Source: Candidatus Omnitrophota bacterium (GTDB lineage Bacteria > Omnitrophota > Omnitrophia > Omnitrophales > Aquincolibacteriaceae). Taken from it: a DNA stretch of 64,000 bases. Where the stretch lies: NCBI GenBank assembly GCA_016930235.1, contig JAFGHI010000042.1:2550-66549 (forward strand), given 5' to 3'. Shown here piece by piece: positions 29,531-38,489 of this stretch; within the stretch, counting starts at the first letter, position 1, and every line of letters begins with the position of its first letter. Under the pieces are notes generated by a model, which worked only from the letters and a program-made list of their open reading frames with translations, had not been told where the DNA came from and did no database searches. A program made the position numbers and the translations under genes.

Positions 29531-30547
29531 ATGGATTTAACGACTGATTATATGGGAATGACTCTTAAAAATCCCTTAGTGCCGTCGGCTTCGCCGTTAT
29601 CGGAATCGATCGGTAATATTAAGAGAATGGAGGACTCGGGTGCAGCGGCCGTTGTTCTTCACTCTCTTTTTGAAGAGCAGTTGCGTCTTGAGCAACAGGA
29701 GCTTCATCACCATTTGACCGAGCACACCGACAGCTTTGCGGAAGCCTTGTCTTTTTTCCCGGAGCCGAGTGAATTTTCGGTGGGTCCGGAGGAATATCTG
29801 AATCATATCCGGAAAGCGAAAGCGGCGGTGAGTATCCCTGTGATCGCGTCGTTAAACGGTGCGACTCCCGGGGGCTGGACGGATTATGCCAAGAAGATGG
29901 AACAGGCAGGCGCGGATGCCATCGAACTGAACATCTACAATATCCCGATGGATATGGATCAAAGCCCTAATGATATTGAGAAAGTTTATGTTGAGATCCT
30001 GAAGGCCGTGAAAAAAACAGTGAATATCCCTGTGGCTTTAAAGATCGGCGGTTTTTTCACCAATCCCTCTTATTCCATCAAAAAGTTTGCGGATGCCGGG
30101 GCCGATGCGATGGTCCTCTTCAACCGGTTCTACCAGCCGGATATCGATCTGGAGACCTTAGAGATCAAATCTGATGTAGTTTTGAGCACGATCCATTCGA
30201 TGCGGCTTCCTTTAAGATGGATCGCGATGCTTTACGGGAGGGTCAAATGTGATTTTGCGGCCACCCGTGGGATTCATACAGCGGAAGATGCGATCAAGAT
30301 GATTATGGTCGGCGCAAACGTAACGATGCTGTGCTCGGTTCTGATGAAGCAGGGGATCGGCCAGATCAAAAAGATCGAGGAAGAGATGAAGGCCTGGATG
30401 GAAGAACATGAGTATGAGTCCGTGGGTCAAATGCGGGGAAGTATGAGCCAGCTTTACTGCGATAATCCTTCGGTCTATGAGCGCTCGCAGTATATTCGCG
30501 TTCTGAAGAGTTACAAGCCGGAATTTCAGACGCCTTATGGGGCTTAA
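29531..30547 (+). CDS. Dihydroorotate dehydrogenase-like flavoprotein (PFOR-associated family)
   Basis: LKNPLVPSASPL, SLFEEQ, FNRFYQPDID; ELNIYNIP lacks the catalytic SCPN Cys of true class 1 DHODs. Confidence 0.85.
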   Translation: MDLTTDYMGMTLKNPLVPSASPLSESIGNIKRMEDSGAAAVVLHSLFEEQLRLEQQELHHHLTEHTDSFAEALSFFPEPSEFSVGPEEYLNHIRKAKAAVSIPVIASLNGATPGGWTDYAKKMEQAGADAIELNIYNIPMDMDQSPNDIEKVYVEILKAVKKTVNIPVALKIGGFFTNPSYSIKKFADAGADAMVLFNRFYQPDIDLETLEIKSDVVLSTIHSMRLPLRWIAMLYGRVKCDFAATRGIHTAEDAIKMIMVGANVTMLCSVLMKQGIGQIKKIEEEMKAWMEEHEYESVGQMRGSMSQLYCDNPSVYERSQYIRVLKSYKPEFQTPYGA

Positions 30548-30579
30548 GATTCAAACGTTGCTTGATTAAGGATCACGGG

Positions 30580-30614
30580 GGAGCGCAGGCTTTAAAACCT
30601 GCGCTTCTTTTTTT
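30580..30614 (+). terminator. Intrinsic terminator-like hairpin
   Basis: AGCGCAGG-CTTTAAAA-CCTGCGCT followed by TCTTTTTT. Confidence 0.65.
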
Positions 30615-30640
30615 AAGGGCAGGATGATTCTACGAGGTTT

Positions 30641-31732
30641 ATGATGAAATACGTTGATGAATACCGGGACGGAAAATTGGCCGGACAGTTTGCGGATGCC
30701 ATCAAGCGGACCGTCACAAAACCCTGGACGGTGATGGAAGTTTGCGGTGGGCAGACGCATGCGATTGTCCGGTTTGGCTTGGATGAACTCCTGCCGTCTT
30801 CACTCAATCTGATTCACGGTCCCGGATGTCCCGTTTGCGTAACGCCGCTCGAATTGATTGATCAAGCCGTTGAAATTGCGTCACTCGAGAATGTGATTTT
30901 CTGTTCCTTCGGGGACATGCTGCGGGTACCGGGTTCACGCAGGGATCTCTTTTCCGTCAAGGCAAGCGGGGGAGATGTCCGTATCCTTTATTCGCCCTTG
31001 GATGCTTTAGCGATTGCATCTGAGAACCCGCGTAAAGAGGTTGTCTTCTTTGCGGTCGGATTTGAAACGACGGCGCCTGCCCACGCGATGGCGGTGAAAC
31101 AAGCTTGGGAGCGGGGCATTCGAAATTTCAGCATTCTTGTTTCACACGTTTTGGTCCCGCCTGCGATGGAGGCGATTCTCGCTTCTCCCCATAACCGTGT
31201 TCAGGGTTTTTTGGCGGCCGGACACGTTTGTACCGTTATGGGCTATACGGAATACGAACCTCTTGCTCGGAAGTATAAGGTCCCGATTGTGGTCACGGGT
31301 TTTGAGCCGAGCGATATCCTGCAGGGACTTTTCATGTGTGTCAAACAGTTGGAAGAAGGACGAACGGAAGTCGAAAATCAATATGCCCGTTCTGTCAAGC
31401 GTGAAGGCAATCGGAAGGCGCGGGAAACGGTGCGTGAAGTTTTTCAAGTGATTCCCCGAAAATGGCGGGGGATAGGAGAGATCCCCAAAAGCGGACTCGG
31501 CCTTCGGGAGAAATATGCGGTCATGGATGCGGCGAAGAGATTTAATTTGACGAGTTACGAAGCAGAAGAGTCCCCCGATTGCATCAGCGGATTGATTTTG
31601 CAGGGGCTGAAGAAACCTGACGAGTGTCCCGCTTTCGGAAAAAAATGCACGCCCGAACATCCTTTGGGGGCGACGATGGTTTCCTCCGAGGGTGCTTGCG
31701 CCGCTTATTACCGCTATCGGGGTTCACGATGA
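30641..31732 (+). CDS. hypD: Hydrogenase formation protein HypD
   Basis: [36 protein letters not shown]. Confidence 0.96.
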   Translation: MMKYVDEYRDGKLAGQFADAIKRTVTKPWTVMEVCGGQTHAIVRFGLDELLPSSLNLIHGPGCPVCVTPLELIDQAVEIASLENVIFCSFGDMLRVPGSRRDLFSVKASGGDVRILYSPLDALAIASENPRKEVVFFAVGFETTAPAHAMAVKQAWERGIRNFSILVSHVLVPPAMEAILASPHNRVQGFLAAGHVCTVMGYTEYEPLARKYKVPIVVTGFEPSDILQGLFMCVKQLEEGRTEVENQYARSVKREGNRKARETVREVFQVIPRKWRGIGEIPKSGLGLREKYAVMDAAKRFNLTSYEAEESPDCISGLILQGLKKPDECPAFGKKCTPEHPLGATMVSSEGACAAYYRYRGSR

Positions 31733-31733
31733 A

Positions 31734-31822
31734 CCGCTGGCGCCCACCGCGTAGGTGGCCTTTTCAATCATTCCTAACGTTAGGTTTGTTCGAAATTCCC
31801 ACCTACGCGGTGGGCGAAGCGG
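31734..31822. repeat. ~90-bp dispersed inverted-repeat (MITE/REP-like) element, copy 1
   Basis: CCGCTGGCGCCCACCGCGTAGGTGG...CCACCTACGCGGTGGGCGAAGCGG, nearly identical to 51479-51568. Confidence 0.85.
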
Positions 31823-31856
31823 TGGGCGAGCCCCGTCCAACGGAGCGAGGAGCGAA

Positions 31857-32909
31857 ATGACAAAAAAAGAATTTAGCATGCAATGTCCGTTACCGGTTCG
31901 GGATTATCCGCGTGTGCTTTTGGCCCACGGCGGAGGCGGGAAGCTGATGCATCAGATGATCGAAAAGATTTTTGCCTCGAGTTTTCAAAATGAGATCCTC
32001 AAGAAGAGGCACGATAGCGCTATCTTGTCTTTACCCTCCTCAAAAATCGCGATGACAACGGATTCTTATGTGGTGCGGCCTCTTTTCTTCCCCGGCGGAG
32101 ATATCGGGAGCATGTCGGTTTATGGGACGGTCAATGATCTGGCGATGGCAGGCGCCAGGCCTAAATATTTGAGTGCGGGGTTTATCCTTGAAGAAGGTCT
32201 TGAGATGGAGACCTTGTGGAAAGTTGTCCAGTCAATGGCTGACGCGGCGAAGGAATGCGGGATTGAACTTGTGACCGGAGATACCAAGGTGGTCGACAAA
32301 GGCAAAGGCGATGGCATTTTTATCAATACGACAGGAATAGGTGTCTTCGAGCATTCCCAGGCGATTGAGCCGCAAAGCATCCGGACGGGAGATAAAATTA
32401 TCCTGAACGGAGACCTGGGACGTCACGGGATTGCCGTGATGATTGCCCGAGAGGGACTTTCCTTAGAAAGCCAGATCGAGAGTGACTCGGCGTCTTTAGC
32501 GGATCTTGTCATGAAATTGTTGGACCTGAAGGTTGAGATCCATTGTCTGCGGGACCTCACACGCGGCGGTCTTTCGAGTGCCTTGAATGAACTTGCCGAA
32601 ACGCGCGGTGTTCAAATCCGTGTCGAAGAAAAATCTATCCCGGTCCGCGAAGATGTTCACGGCGCTTGCGAGATTCTGGGATTGGACCCGCTTTATGTCG
32701 CGAATGAAGGCAGGTTCCTTGTTTTTGTCAAAGCAGGGGATGCCGATAAGGTTTTGAAGGTCATCAAATCACATCCTCTGGGTGAAGCCGCCTCCGTGAT
32801 CGGAGAAGTAACAAAAGAGAAAGATCCTCGAGTGACTTTGGTCAATCAAGTCGGGACAAGCCGGATCCTTGACATGCTCTCCGGAGAACAGCTCCCGCGC
32901 ATTTGTTGA
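31857..32909 (+). CDS. hypE: Hydrogenase expression/formation protein HypE
   Basis: LAHGGGG, TTDSYVV, GDTKVV, RDLTRGG, C-terminal PRIC; start at ATG 31857 after a GAGGAG RBS. Confidence 0.96.
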   Translation: MTKKEFSMQCPLPVRDYPRVLLAHGGGGKLMHQMIEKIFASSFQNEILKKRHDSAILSLPSSKIAMTTDSYVVRPLFFPGGDIGSMSVYGTVNDLAMAGARPKYLSAGFILEEGLEMETLWKVVQSMADAAKECGIELVTGDTKVVDKGKGDGIFINTTGIGVFEHSQAIEPQSIRTGDKIILNGDLGRHGIAVMIAREGLSLESQIESDSASLADLVMKLLDLKVEIHCLRDLTRGGLSSALNELAETRGVQIRVEEKSIPVREDVHGACEILGLDPLYVANEGRFLVFVKAGDADKVLKVIKSHPLGEAASVIGEVTKEKDPRVTLVNQVGTSRILDMLSGEQLPRIC

Positions 32910-33097
32910 TGTCGGTCGTCACCGTCGCCCGCAACACCAATGAAATTTTTCTCACCCTTTTTACTTGAGATATCACCTCTATCTATTTCCTAACTTTATA
33001 AGCAAAGGGACCATTTATAGGCAAATTATCCTATCCGTAACTTCTTTGAAATCAATTGGATATCGTTGGCTTTCAATAAATAACTATTTAGAGCTAT

Positions 33098-33126
33098 TTG
33101 ACTATTTACAATATAAGTGTTAGCTT
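33098..33126 (+). promoter_or_regulatory. Possible sigma70 promoter for the RiPP cluster
   Basis: TTGACT-17 nt-TAGCTT in the AT-rich intergenic region. Confidence 0.35.
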
Positions 33127-33228
33127 TCTAAGGATGTTTATTAAGTATGATTTTTGCATTTAGTTAAAGCTTCCGAAGAAATCGGAGTGGATCTTCAAAG
33201 CCGGTTCACGAGAAAGAGGTAAACTGCC

Positions 33229-34293
33229 ATGGAGAAAAAACGAAATGAAGAAAAAAGAAACAAGAAATTATTTATCGAGGATTTAGAAATTAGGAGAAGC
33301 ACATCGCCATTATTTTTTGCGGCTTTTACAGCTGATATCCAAAATGACGGTACTGAACCGACGAATCCGGAAAAACCTGTGGATGCGCAACCGGACAGCC
33401 AGTCAGCCCAAGAAATTCAGGTTCATCCCGTCACGAATTTACATGAGCCAAATACGATTGTTCCTGCTCGGGTAACTCCAGATGAAATGTGGACTTCGGA
33501 TTTCACTCGAATGGGCGAAGATATGGTTATTTCAACGATGGCAGTGGGCGAAGAAGGTGCTTCGGAGTATAATCCCATTCGATTTGTTTCATCTTCGTCC
33601 TCGCCTGCACCGGTGCCGACGCCCGCGCCTTCTCCGTCGCCTTCGATTGAAGCCAGCCCAACTCCGCATGCGAGTCCGTCGCCGGCTTACAATCCGGCAG
33701 GCATTTCTCCGGGGGAAACGGCGGGGAATGAAACAATGCCTGTTTCGAATGTGCACGGTCCAAGTCCTGAAGCCGCTTCCGAGCCGGTGCTGAGTCAAGA
33801 AATTCAGGTTAATTCCGTACCGGCCACGCCTGAAACGAGCACGGCTGTTCCAACGCGGGTTACTCCCGAAGAAACGTGGACATCGGATTTCACTCGAATG
33901 GGCGAAGAGATGGTTATTTCAACGATGATGGTCGGTGAAGAAGGTACTTCGGAGCTACACCCCATTCGATATTTTTCCAGTCCGTCTTCACCTGCGCCGG
34001 TGCCGACGCCTGCGCCTTCGCCGTCACCTTCGCTGGAAGCGAGTCCTGCTCCTCATCCAAGTCCTGAAGCCGCTTCCGAACCGGTGCCAAGTCAAGAGAT
34101 TCAGGTTAATCCCGTCGCGCCTGCGCCGGTGCCGACGCCTGCGCCTTCGCCGTCACCGAATCCAAGTCCTAGCCCCCTGTCATCGTCTGCTTATGTATCA
34201 CCAGGACAGTTGACGACCATGATGCTGGGTGAAGAAGCTGAGATTGAACTTACGACCATGATGTTAGGGGAAGAAGGCGAAACGGTCGTTTAA
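33229..34293 (+). CDS. Graspetide (omega-ester peptide) precursor, plesiocin/group-2-like, multi-core
   Basis: Leader LFIEDL (aa 14-19); cores STMAVGEE, STMMVGEE and TTMMLGEE x2 matching TTxxxxEE; adjacent ATP-grasp gene. Confidence 0.85.
   Translation: MEKKRNEEKRNKKLFIEDLEIRRSTSPLFFAAFTADIQNDGTEPTNPEKPVDAQPDSQSAQEIQVHPVTNLHEPNTIVPARVTPDEMWTSDFTRMGEDMVISTMAVGEEGASEYNPIRFVSSSSSPAPVPTPAPSPSPSIEASPTPHASPSPAYNPAGISPGETAGNETMPVSNVHGPSPEAASEPVLSQEIQVNSVPATPETSTAVPTRVTPEETWTSDFTRMGEEMVISTMMVGEEGTSELHPIRYFSSPSSPAPVPTPAPSPSPSLEASPAPHPSPEAASEPVPSQEIQVNPVAPAPVPTPAPSPSPNPSPSPLSSSAYVSPGQLTTMMLGEEAEIELTTMMLGEEGETVV
33406..34160 (+). repeat. Internal 387-bp (129 aa) duplication plus a partial third copy within the precursor
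   Basis: The QEIQV...VTP.E.WTSDFTRMGE.MVISTM.VGEEG.SE..PIR...PAPVPTPAPSPSP block is repeated. Cores start at 33532 and 33919, 387 nt apart; QEIQV and PAPVPTPAPSPSP recur a third time. Confidence 0.9.
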
Positions 34294-34357
34294 TTTGTGT
34301 GGATTTTAGACTATCTATCAATCTTAGGTGACATCTGACCGTTAATTTAAACAGATT

Positions 34358-35308
34358 ATGACGAATTCGAAACCTAAGATCCTCATTGTCGGTGCTCCAA
34401 ACGAACGCCATAGCCATTACATGGCGCAGCGTATTGCGCAAAAAGGCGGTTCTCCCCTAATTTTGGATACACTCAATTTTCCCGCCAAGGTCAAACTTTC
34501 GCTTAGGAATGAAAAGATATTTTATCAAGGGGAACCGCTTGATGAAATAGCAGGGTGTTATCTGAGAACCGTGGTTTTTTTTCTGCCGCCTTATGATTTG
34601 GAAGATAAAAGAAATGCCGAAGGAAAACTCGAAACCGACAATTGGTACCGGGATTACAGGGCCGAACGGGAACGCCAATCGCATTTGGGATCTTTGCTGC
34701 GAGTACTCTTTTTTCGGAATATCCCGGTGGTGAATCCCGTGTCGGCGTTTACGCTTCATTATTTAAAACCCCTGCAGCTTGAGATGTTGAGGAGAGAAGG
34801 GATCCGGGTTCCCGAAACGCTTGTAACGAACGATCCCAAAAAACTTCTGGAATTCAAACAAGAAGTCGGAAAGGTTATTTTTAAACCGGTGGCTGGAGGG
34901 GCCGAATGCCGGGAACTTACCGAAGAGCATTTGAAACCTGAGAAACTCGAAAGATTGCAGAACGCACCGGTTCTCTTTCAGGAGCTCATACCGGGTGAAA
35001 ATGTCCGCGTTTATATTTTGGAGTCGAGAATCCTTGTTGCTGTCATCATCAAATCCGAGACCCTCGATTATCGGGGGCATGAGCAGGGATTCCAAATCAT
35101 CAATCTTCCTCCTGAGGTTGCCCAAATATGCATCAAGGCGATGAGAATTTGCGGGCTTAAGTTTACGGGGATGGATCTTCGTTTGACTCCCGGCGGGGAA
35201 TTCGTGGTCATCGAATGCAATCCTTCGGCGATGTTTATGGGGATCGAGGAAATCCTAAAAGTCGATATCAGCGGGGCCCTTGCCGATTTCCTTATGGGAC
35301 GCTCATGA
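34358..35308 (+). CDS. ATP-grasp peptide macrocyclase (RimK/PsnB-like graspetide synthetase)
   Basis: K..QL......G..VPETLVTND, IFKPVAGGA, LFQELIPG.NVRV, LDYR (cf. the DFR motif), GMDL, ECNPSAMF. Confidence 0.88.
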   Translation: MTNSKPKILIVGAPNERHSHYMAQRIAQKGGSPLILDTLNFPAKVKLSLRNEKIFYQGEPLDEIAGCYLRTVVFFLPPYDLEDKRNAEGKLETDNWYRDYRAERERQSHLGSLLRVLFFRNIPVVNPVSAFTLHYLKPLQLEMLRREGIRVPETLVTNDPKKLLEFKQEVGKVIFKPVAGGAECRELTEEHLKPEKLERLQNAPVLFQELIPGENVRVYILESRILVAVIIKSETLDYRGHEQGFQIINLPPEVAQICIKAMRICGLKFTGMDLRLTPGGEFVVIECNPSAMFMGIEEILKVDISGALADFLMGRS

Positions 35309-36201
35309 ATCCTCTTGCCTTCCAGTATGGGCGCTTGGGGCGGGGCAAATTGTGGGTTGAAGGGCCGGACAGGCGTTTTACGCAAATCGATGATAAAACG
35401 CTGCATATCATCCTTGATCTCAATGATCGTTTTGACTGGGAGCTGATTCAAAAAAGGCACGGTATTTCAAAACAGGAATTGGAAGATCTTGAAAAATGGA
35501 TACGATCCAAAGATTTGGAAGCTGCGGAACCAAAGCATGGCAGGATAGAACGTCTCGACCGATTCCGAACCCCTTTGGATTTAAGCGGTTTCCTTTATTT
35601 TTTAGCTTTGATGATCGTGATTCAAGCCTTGTATTGGGAAGCTTTGGCGCGACATGTTTCGCTTACAGCCCCCTCCCAAATTTTTGTTATTTTTCCAATT
35701 GCCTGTGCCGGCATCATCTTTCATGAGCTGGGGCATTTTTTGGCTTTAAGGCCCTATACTCGGCCAAGGCTCGGCATGACATGGATTTTTTTTCTGCCGG
35801 CTGTCTTTGTGCAGTCGGATGTTCTCTGGAAATTATCCCGTTCGAGGCGCGTATTGGTGAACTTGATGGGAATTTTTGCCGATTCCATTTTCAACTGTCT
35901 AGCCATTTTGTGGGTTTTCCTCAATCCGTCCTTCGAGCCTTGGGTCACACCACTTTTGGTGACCCAGTACATCCGGTGGCTGATTGTTTTGAATCCTTTG
36001 TTTCAAGGCGACGGCTACTGGCTTTTCTCGGATTTGTTCGGGGTGGTAAATTTAAAAACCGAGGGCAGCCGAGATTTTAAACGAAGAAAGGTTAATGTTT
36101 TTTTCTTTTACCATCTGGCTCGAATGGTTTTTACGATTGTGATCCTTTTGAGTCTTGCACTTATGATTTATCATCTCTTAGAGGAGGTTCTATTCCGATG
36201 A
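35305..36201 (+). CDS. M50 (site-2) membrane zinc peptidase with a soluble N-terminal domain (possible RRE)
   Basis: FHELGH (HExxH), NPLFQGDGY (third-ligand Asp motif) and several TM helices; ATG 35305 overlaps the ligase stop (ATGA). Confidence 0.8.
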   Translation: MNPLAFQYGRLGRGKLWVEGPDRRFTQIDDKTLHIILDLNDRFDWELIQKRHGISKQELEDLEKWIRSKDLEAAEPKHGRIERLDRFRTPLDLSGFLYFLALMIVIQALYWEALARHVSLTAPSQIFVIFPIACAGIIFHELGHFLALRPYTRPRLGMTWIFFLPAVFVQSDVLWKLSRSRRVLVNLMGIFADSIFNCLAILWVFLNPSFEPWVTPLLVTQYIRWLIVLNPLFQGDGYWLFSDLFGVVNLKTEGSRDFKRRKVNVFFFYHLARMVFTIVILLSLALMIYHLLEEVLFR

Positions 36202-36725
36202 ACTATCTATTCGGTTTAACAACGGCTCTGAAAATTGTTTTTGCGATGAGTCTTTTGTCCATGCTAACGGCCCTTTTTGTCCGGCTGGTTTATGAATTTG
36301 AAAGAGGGGTTTTATTCCAAAACGGAAAATTTAAGAAGGTTGTCGATCCCGGGATCGTTTTTTTGGTTCCACTCCTTAATCAACTGGACAAAGTGGATAT
36401 GAGGGAATTTGAGATTGAAATACCAAGGATCTATGTGGTCATGAAGGACGCAAAGCTTCTGGCGGTTGAGATTCATGCGAGCTTTCAGGTGAGTGATGCC
36501 GCCAAGGCGGTTATTGAAACGCAAGATTACTATGAGACTGCGAAGATGGATACCGTAATGATTGTCTCGGATTATCTGTCACAAATTACGATGGACGACA
36601 TGGTGAAAGATTTGCCAGCAATCAAGCAGAAGCTAAGAGAATTTGCAGGTCGTAAGCTGTCATTTTGCGGATTGAGGGTTGTGGGGCTGGAAATCAATCC
36701 GGTTATCACACATCGTTCAGAGTAA
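36198..36725 (+). CDS. SPFH/band-7 (stomatin-like) membrane protein, short
   Basis: TM helix followed by VYEFERGVLF..GK...PG..FLVP..DKVDMR; ATGA overlap with the peptidase gene. Confidence 0.82.
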   Translation: MNYLFGLTTALKIVFAMSLLSMLTALFVRLVYEFERGVLFQNGKFKKVVDPGIVFLVPLLNQLDKVDMREFEIEIPRIYVVMKDAKLLAVEIHASFQVSDAAKAVIETQDYYETAKMDTVMIVSDYLSQITMDDMVKDLPAIKQKLREFAGRKLSFCGLRVVGLEINPVITHRSE

Positions 36726-36860
36726 TAACCTTCTACTCCGTGTCCAGCTTCAATTGTTTGTTGATGTGCCCCTTCCCGGAATGAGATGATAAGAAGCGAA
36801 ATAACGCTTCCTTTTAATCGCGTTTTTTAATAAACTTTTCCTGAAGAAGGAGAATTCAAC

Positions 36861-37055
36861 ATGTCGATGGAACGTTGGATCCGTTTGATTGCCGGCAGTT
36901 TTATCCTGATCAGCCTGGCCCTGGCGTATGGGGTGAGTAAGTGGTGGCTCCTTTTTACCGCATTTGTCGGAGTCAATCTGATTCAGTCAGCCTTGACCCG
37001 ATGGTGTTTGATGGAGAAGATTCTCAAGAAGCTGGGCGTCAAACAAAGTTGTTGA
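36861..37055 (+). CDS. DUF2892/YgaP-like small membrane protein
   Basis: MERWIRLIAG...FVGVNLIQSALTRWCLM. Confidence 0.8.
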   Translation: MSMERWIRLIAGSFILISLALAYGVSKWWLLFTAFVGVNLIQSALTRWCLMEKILKKLGVKQSC

Positions 37056-37124
37056 GAGTCGAGACGTAACATCACTTGATCGTGAACATGCCGTTGGAAG
37101 CTAACGAAACCGCGTAAAGGAGCA

Positions 37125-38474
37125 ATGGACGTCGTTTTACTTTCCAGGATTCAGTTTGCGCTAACGATCGGTTTTCATTATATCTTTCCTCCCGTCAGTA
37201 TCGGGCTTGCCCTTGTCCTTGTGATTATGGAAGGCCTTTTTCTGAAGACCCAGAACCCCCTTTACCGGCAGATGGTCCATTTCTGGGTTCGCATCTTTGC
37301 GCTTATTTTTTCACTCGGTGTTGCCAGCGGCATTGTGATGGAATTTGAGTTCGGGACGAATTGGGCCAATTATTCCCGGTTCGTGGGGGATGTTTTCGGA
37401 AGCCCCCTGGCGGCTGAAGGGATGTTTGCCTTCTTTCTTGAATCGACATTCTTAGGTATTCTTCTTTTCGGATGGAATCGAGTGGGACCCAAAATGCATT
37501 TCTTCTCAACTCTAATGGTCGCTCTGGGTTCGACGATGAGCGCCTTTTGGATCATTGTCGCCAATTCCTGGATGCAGACCCCGGCCGGTTATCATGTGGT
37601 CACAGAAGGGTCCCATCGGCGCGCCGAAATCACGGATTTCTGGGCGATGGTCTTTAATCCTTCGAGTATGGACCGTTTTACCCATACGATGGTCGGTGCC
37701 TGGCAGGCCGGGGCATGGCTTGTGGTCAGTGTCGGCGCTTATTATCTTTTAAGGAAACGCCACGAAGCATTTTCCAAAGCGTCCATCAAGATCGGACTTG
37801 TGATCGCCCTTGTTTCATCGGTCCTTCAGCTGACGACGGGGCACACGAGCGCGATCGGGGTCAGCAAAAATCAACCGGCGAAATTGGCGGCGTTTGAAGG
37901 GCATTATGAAAAAAAGGCCCCCGCGCCGCTTTATCTTTTCGGCTGGGTCGATGAGGCGAATGAACGCGTCCGTTTCGGTTTGGGGTTTCCCGGTATGCTG
38001 GGTGTCCTTATTTCGGGAGATCCCAAGATGCAGATTCAAGGCCTCAGGGCATTTCCCCAAGAAGACCGGCCCCCGGTTCAAATCGTTTTTCAGACCTATC
38101 ACTTGATGGTCATGATTGGAATGGGCTTGATTGGTCTCAGCCTTCTTGGGGTTTTTCTTTGGTGGCGAGGAGCCCTCTTCCAATCGAAGTGGATGCTTTA
38201 TCTTTTGACAATTGCCTTCCTGGGCCCCCAAATCGCGAATCAGGTCGGCTGGGTTGCCGCTGAAGTCGGCCGGCAGCCTTGGATTGTTTACGGCCTCCTG
38301 AGAACTTACGAAGGGGTTTCCCCCGTGGTCTCGAGTGCTGAGGTTCTGGCCTCAATCCTGATGTTCAGTTTTATTTATCTCATTCTCTTCGTTTTATTTA
38401 TCTATCTCATGATTCGCAAAATCGAAAAAGGTCCTGAAGAAGCAATGCGGGAAGGTGTCCCGGCTTCTTATTAA
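37125..38474 (+). CDS. cydA: Cytochrome bd ubiquinol oxidase subunit I
   Basis: SRIQFA..FHYIF, EFEFGTNW, ANSWMQTP, QPAKLAAFEG, EVGRQPW. Confidence 0.96.
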   Translation: MDVVLLSRIQFALTIGFHYIFPPVSIGLALVLVIMEGLFLKTQNPLYRQMVHFWVRIFALIFSLGVASGIVMEFEFGTNWANYSRFVGDVFGSPLAAEGMFAFFLESTFLGILLFGWNRVGPKMHFFSTLMVALGSTMSAFWIIVANSWMQTPAGYHVVTEGSHRRAEITDFWAMVFNPSSMDRFTHTMVGAWQAGAWLVVSVGAYYLLRKRHEAFSKASIKIGLVIALVSSVLQLTTGHTSAIGVSKNQPAKLAAFEGHYEKKAPAPLYLFGWVDEANERVRFGLGFPGMLGVLISGDPKMQIQGLRAFPQEDRPPVQIVFQTYHLMVMIGMGLIGLSLLGVFLWWRGALFQSKWMLYLLTIAFLGPQIANQVGWVAAEVGRQPWIVYGLLRTYEGVSPVVSSAEVLASILMFSFIYLILFVLFIYLMIRKIEKGPEEAMREGVPASY

Positions 38475-38489
38475 TGGAAAGGGCACGGT

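Noticed and set aside
29531-30547. pyrD
   Set aside because: It lacks the catalytic Cys motif and has no pyr gene context.
31755-31856. N-terminal extension of HypE in the ORF track
   Set aside because: It is translation through the inserted repeat; ATG 31857 has a good RBS.
33280-33310. LEIRRSTSP as an LEPRxLL-type motif of large PVC proteins
   Set aside because: The match is weak, and LFIEDL plus TTxxxxEE cores next to an ATP-grasp gene explain the region better.
34358-35308. Housekeeping RimK or glutathione synthetase
   Set aside because: The adjacent precursor with a matching leader and cores, and the coupled peptidase, point to a RiPP ligase.
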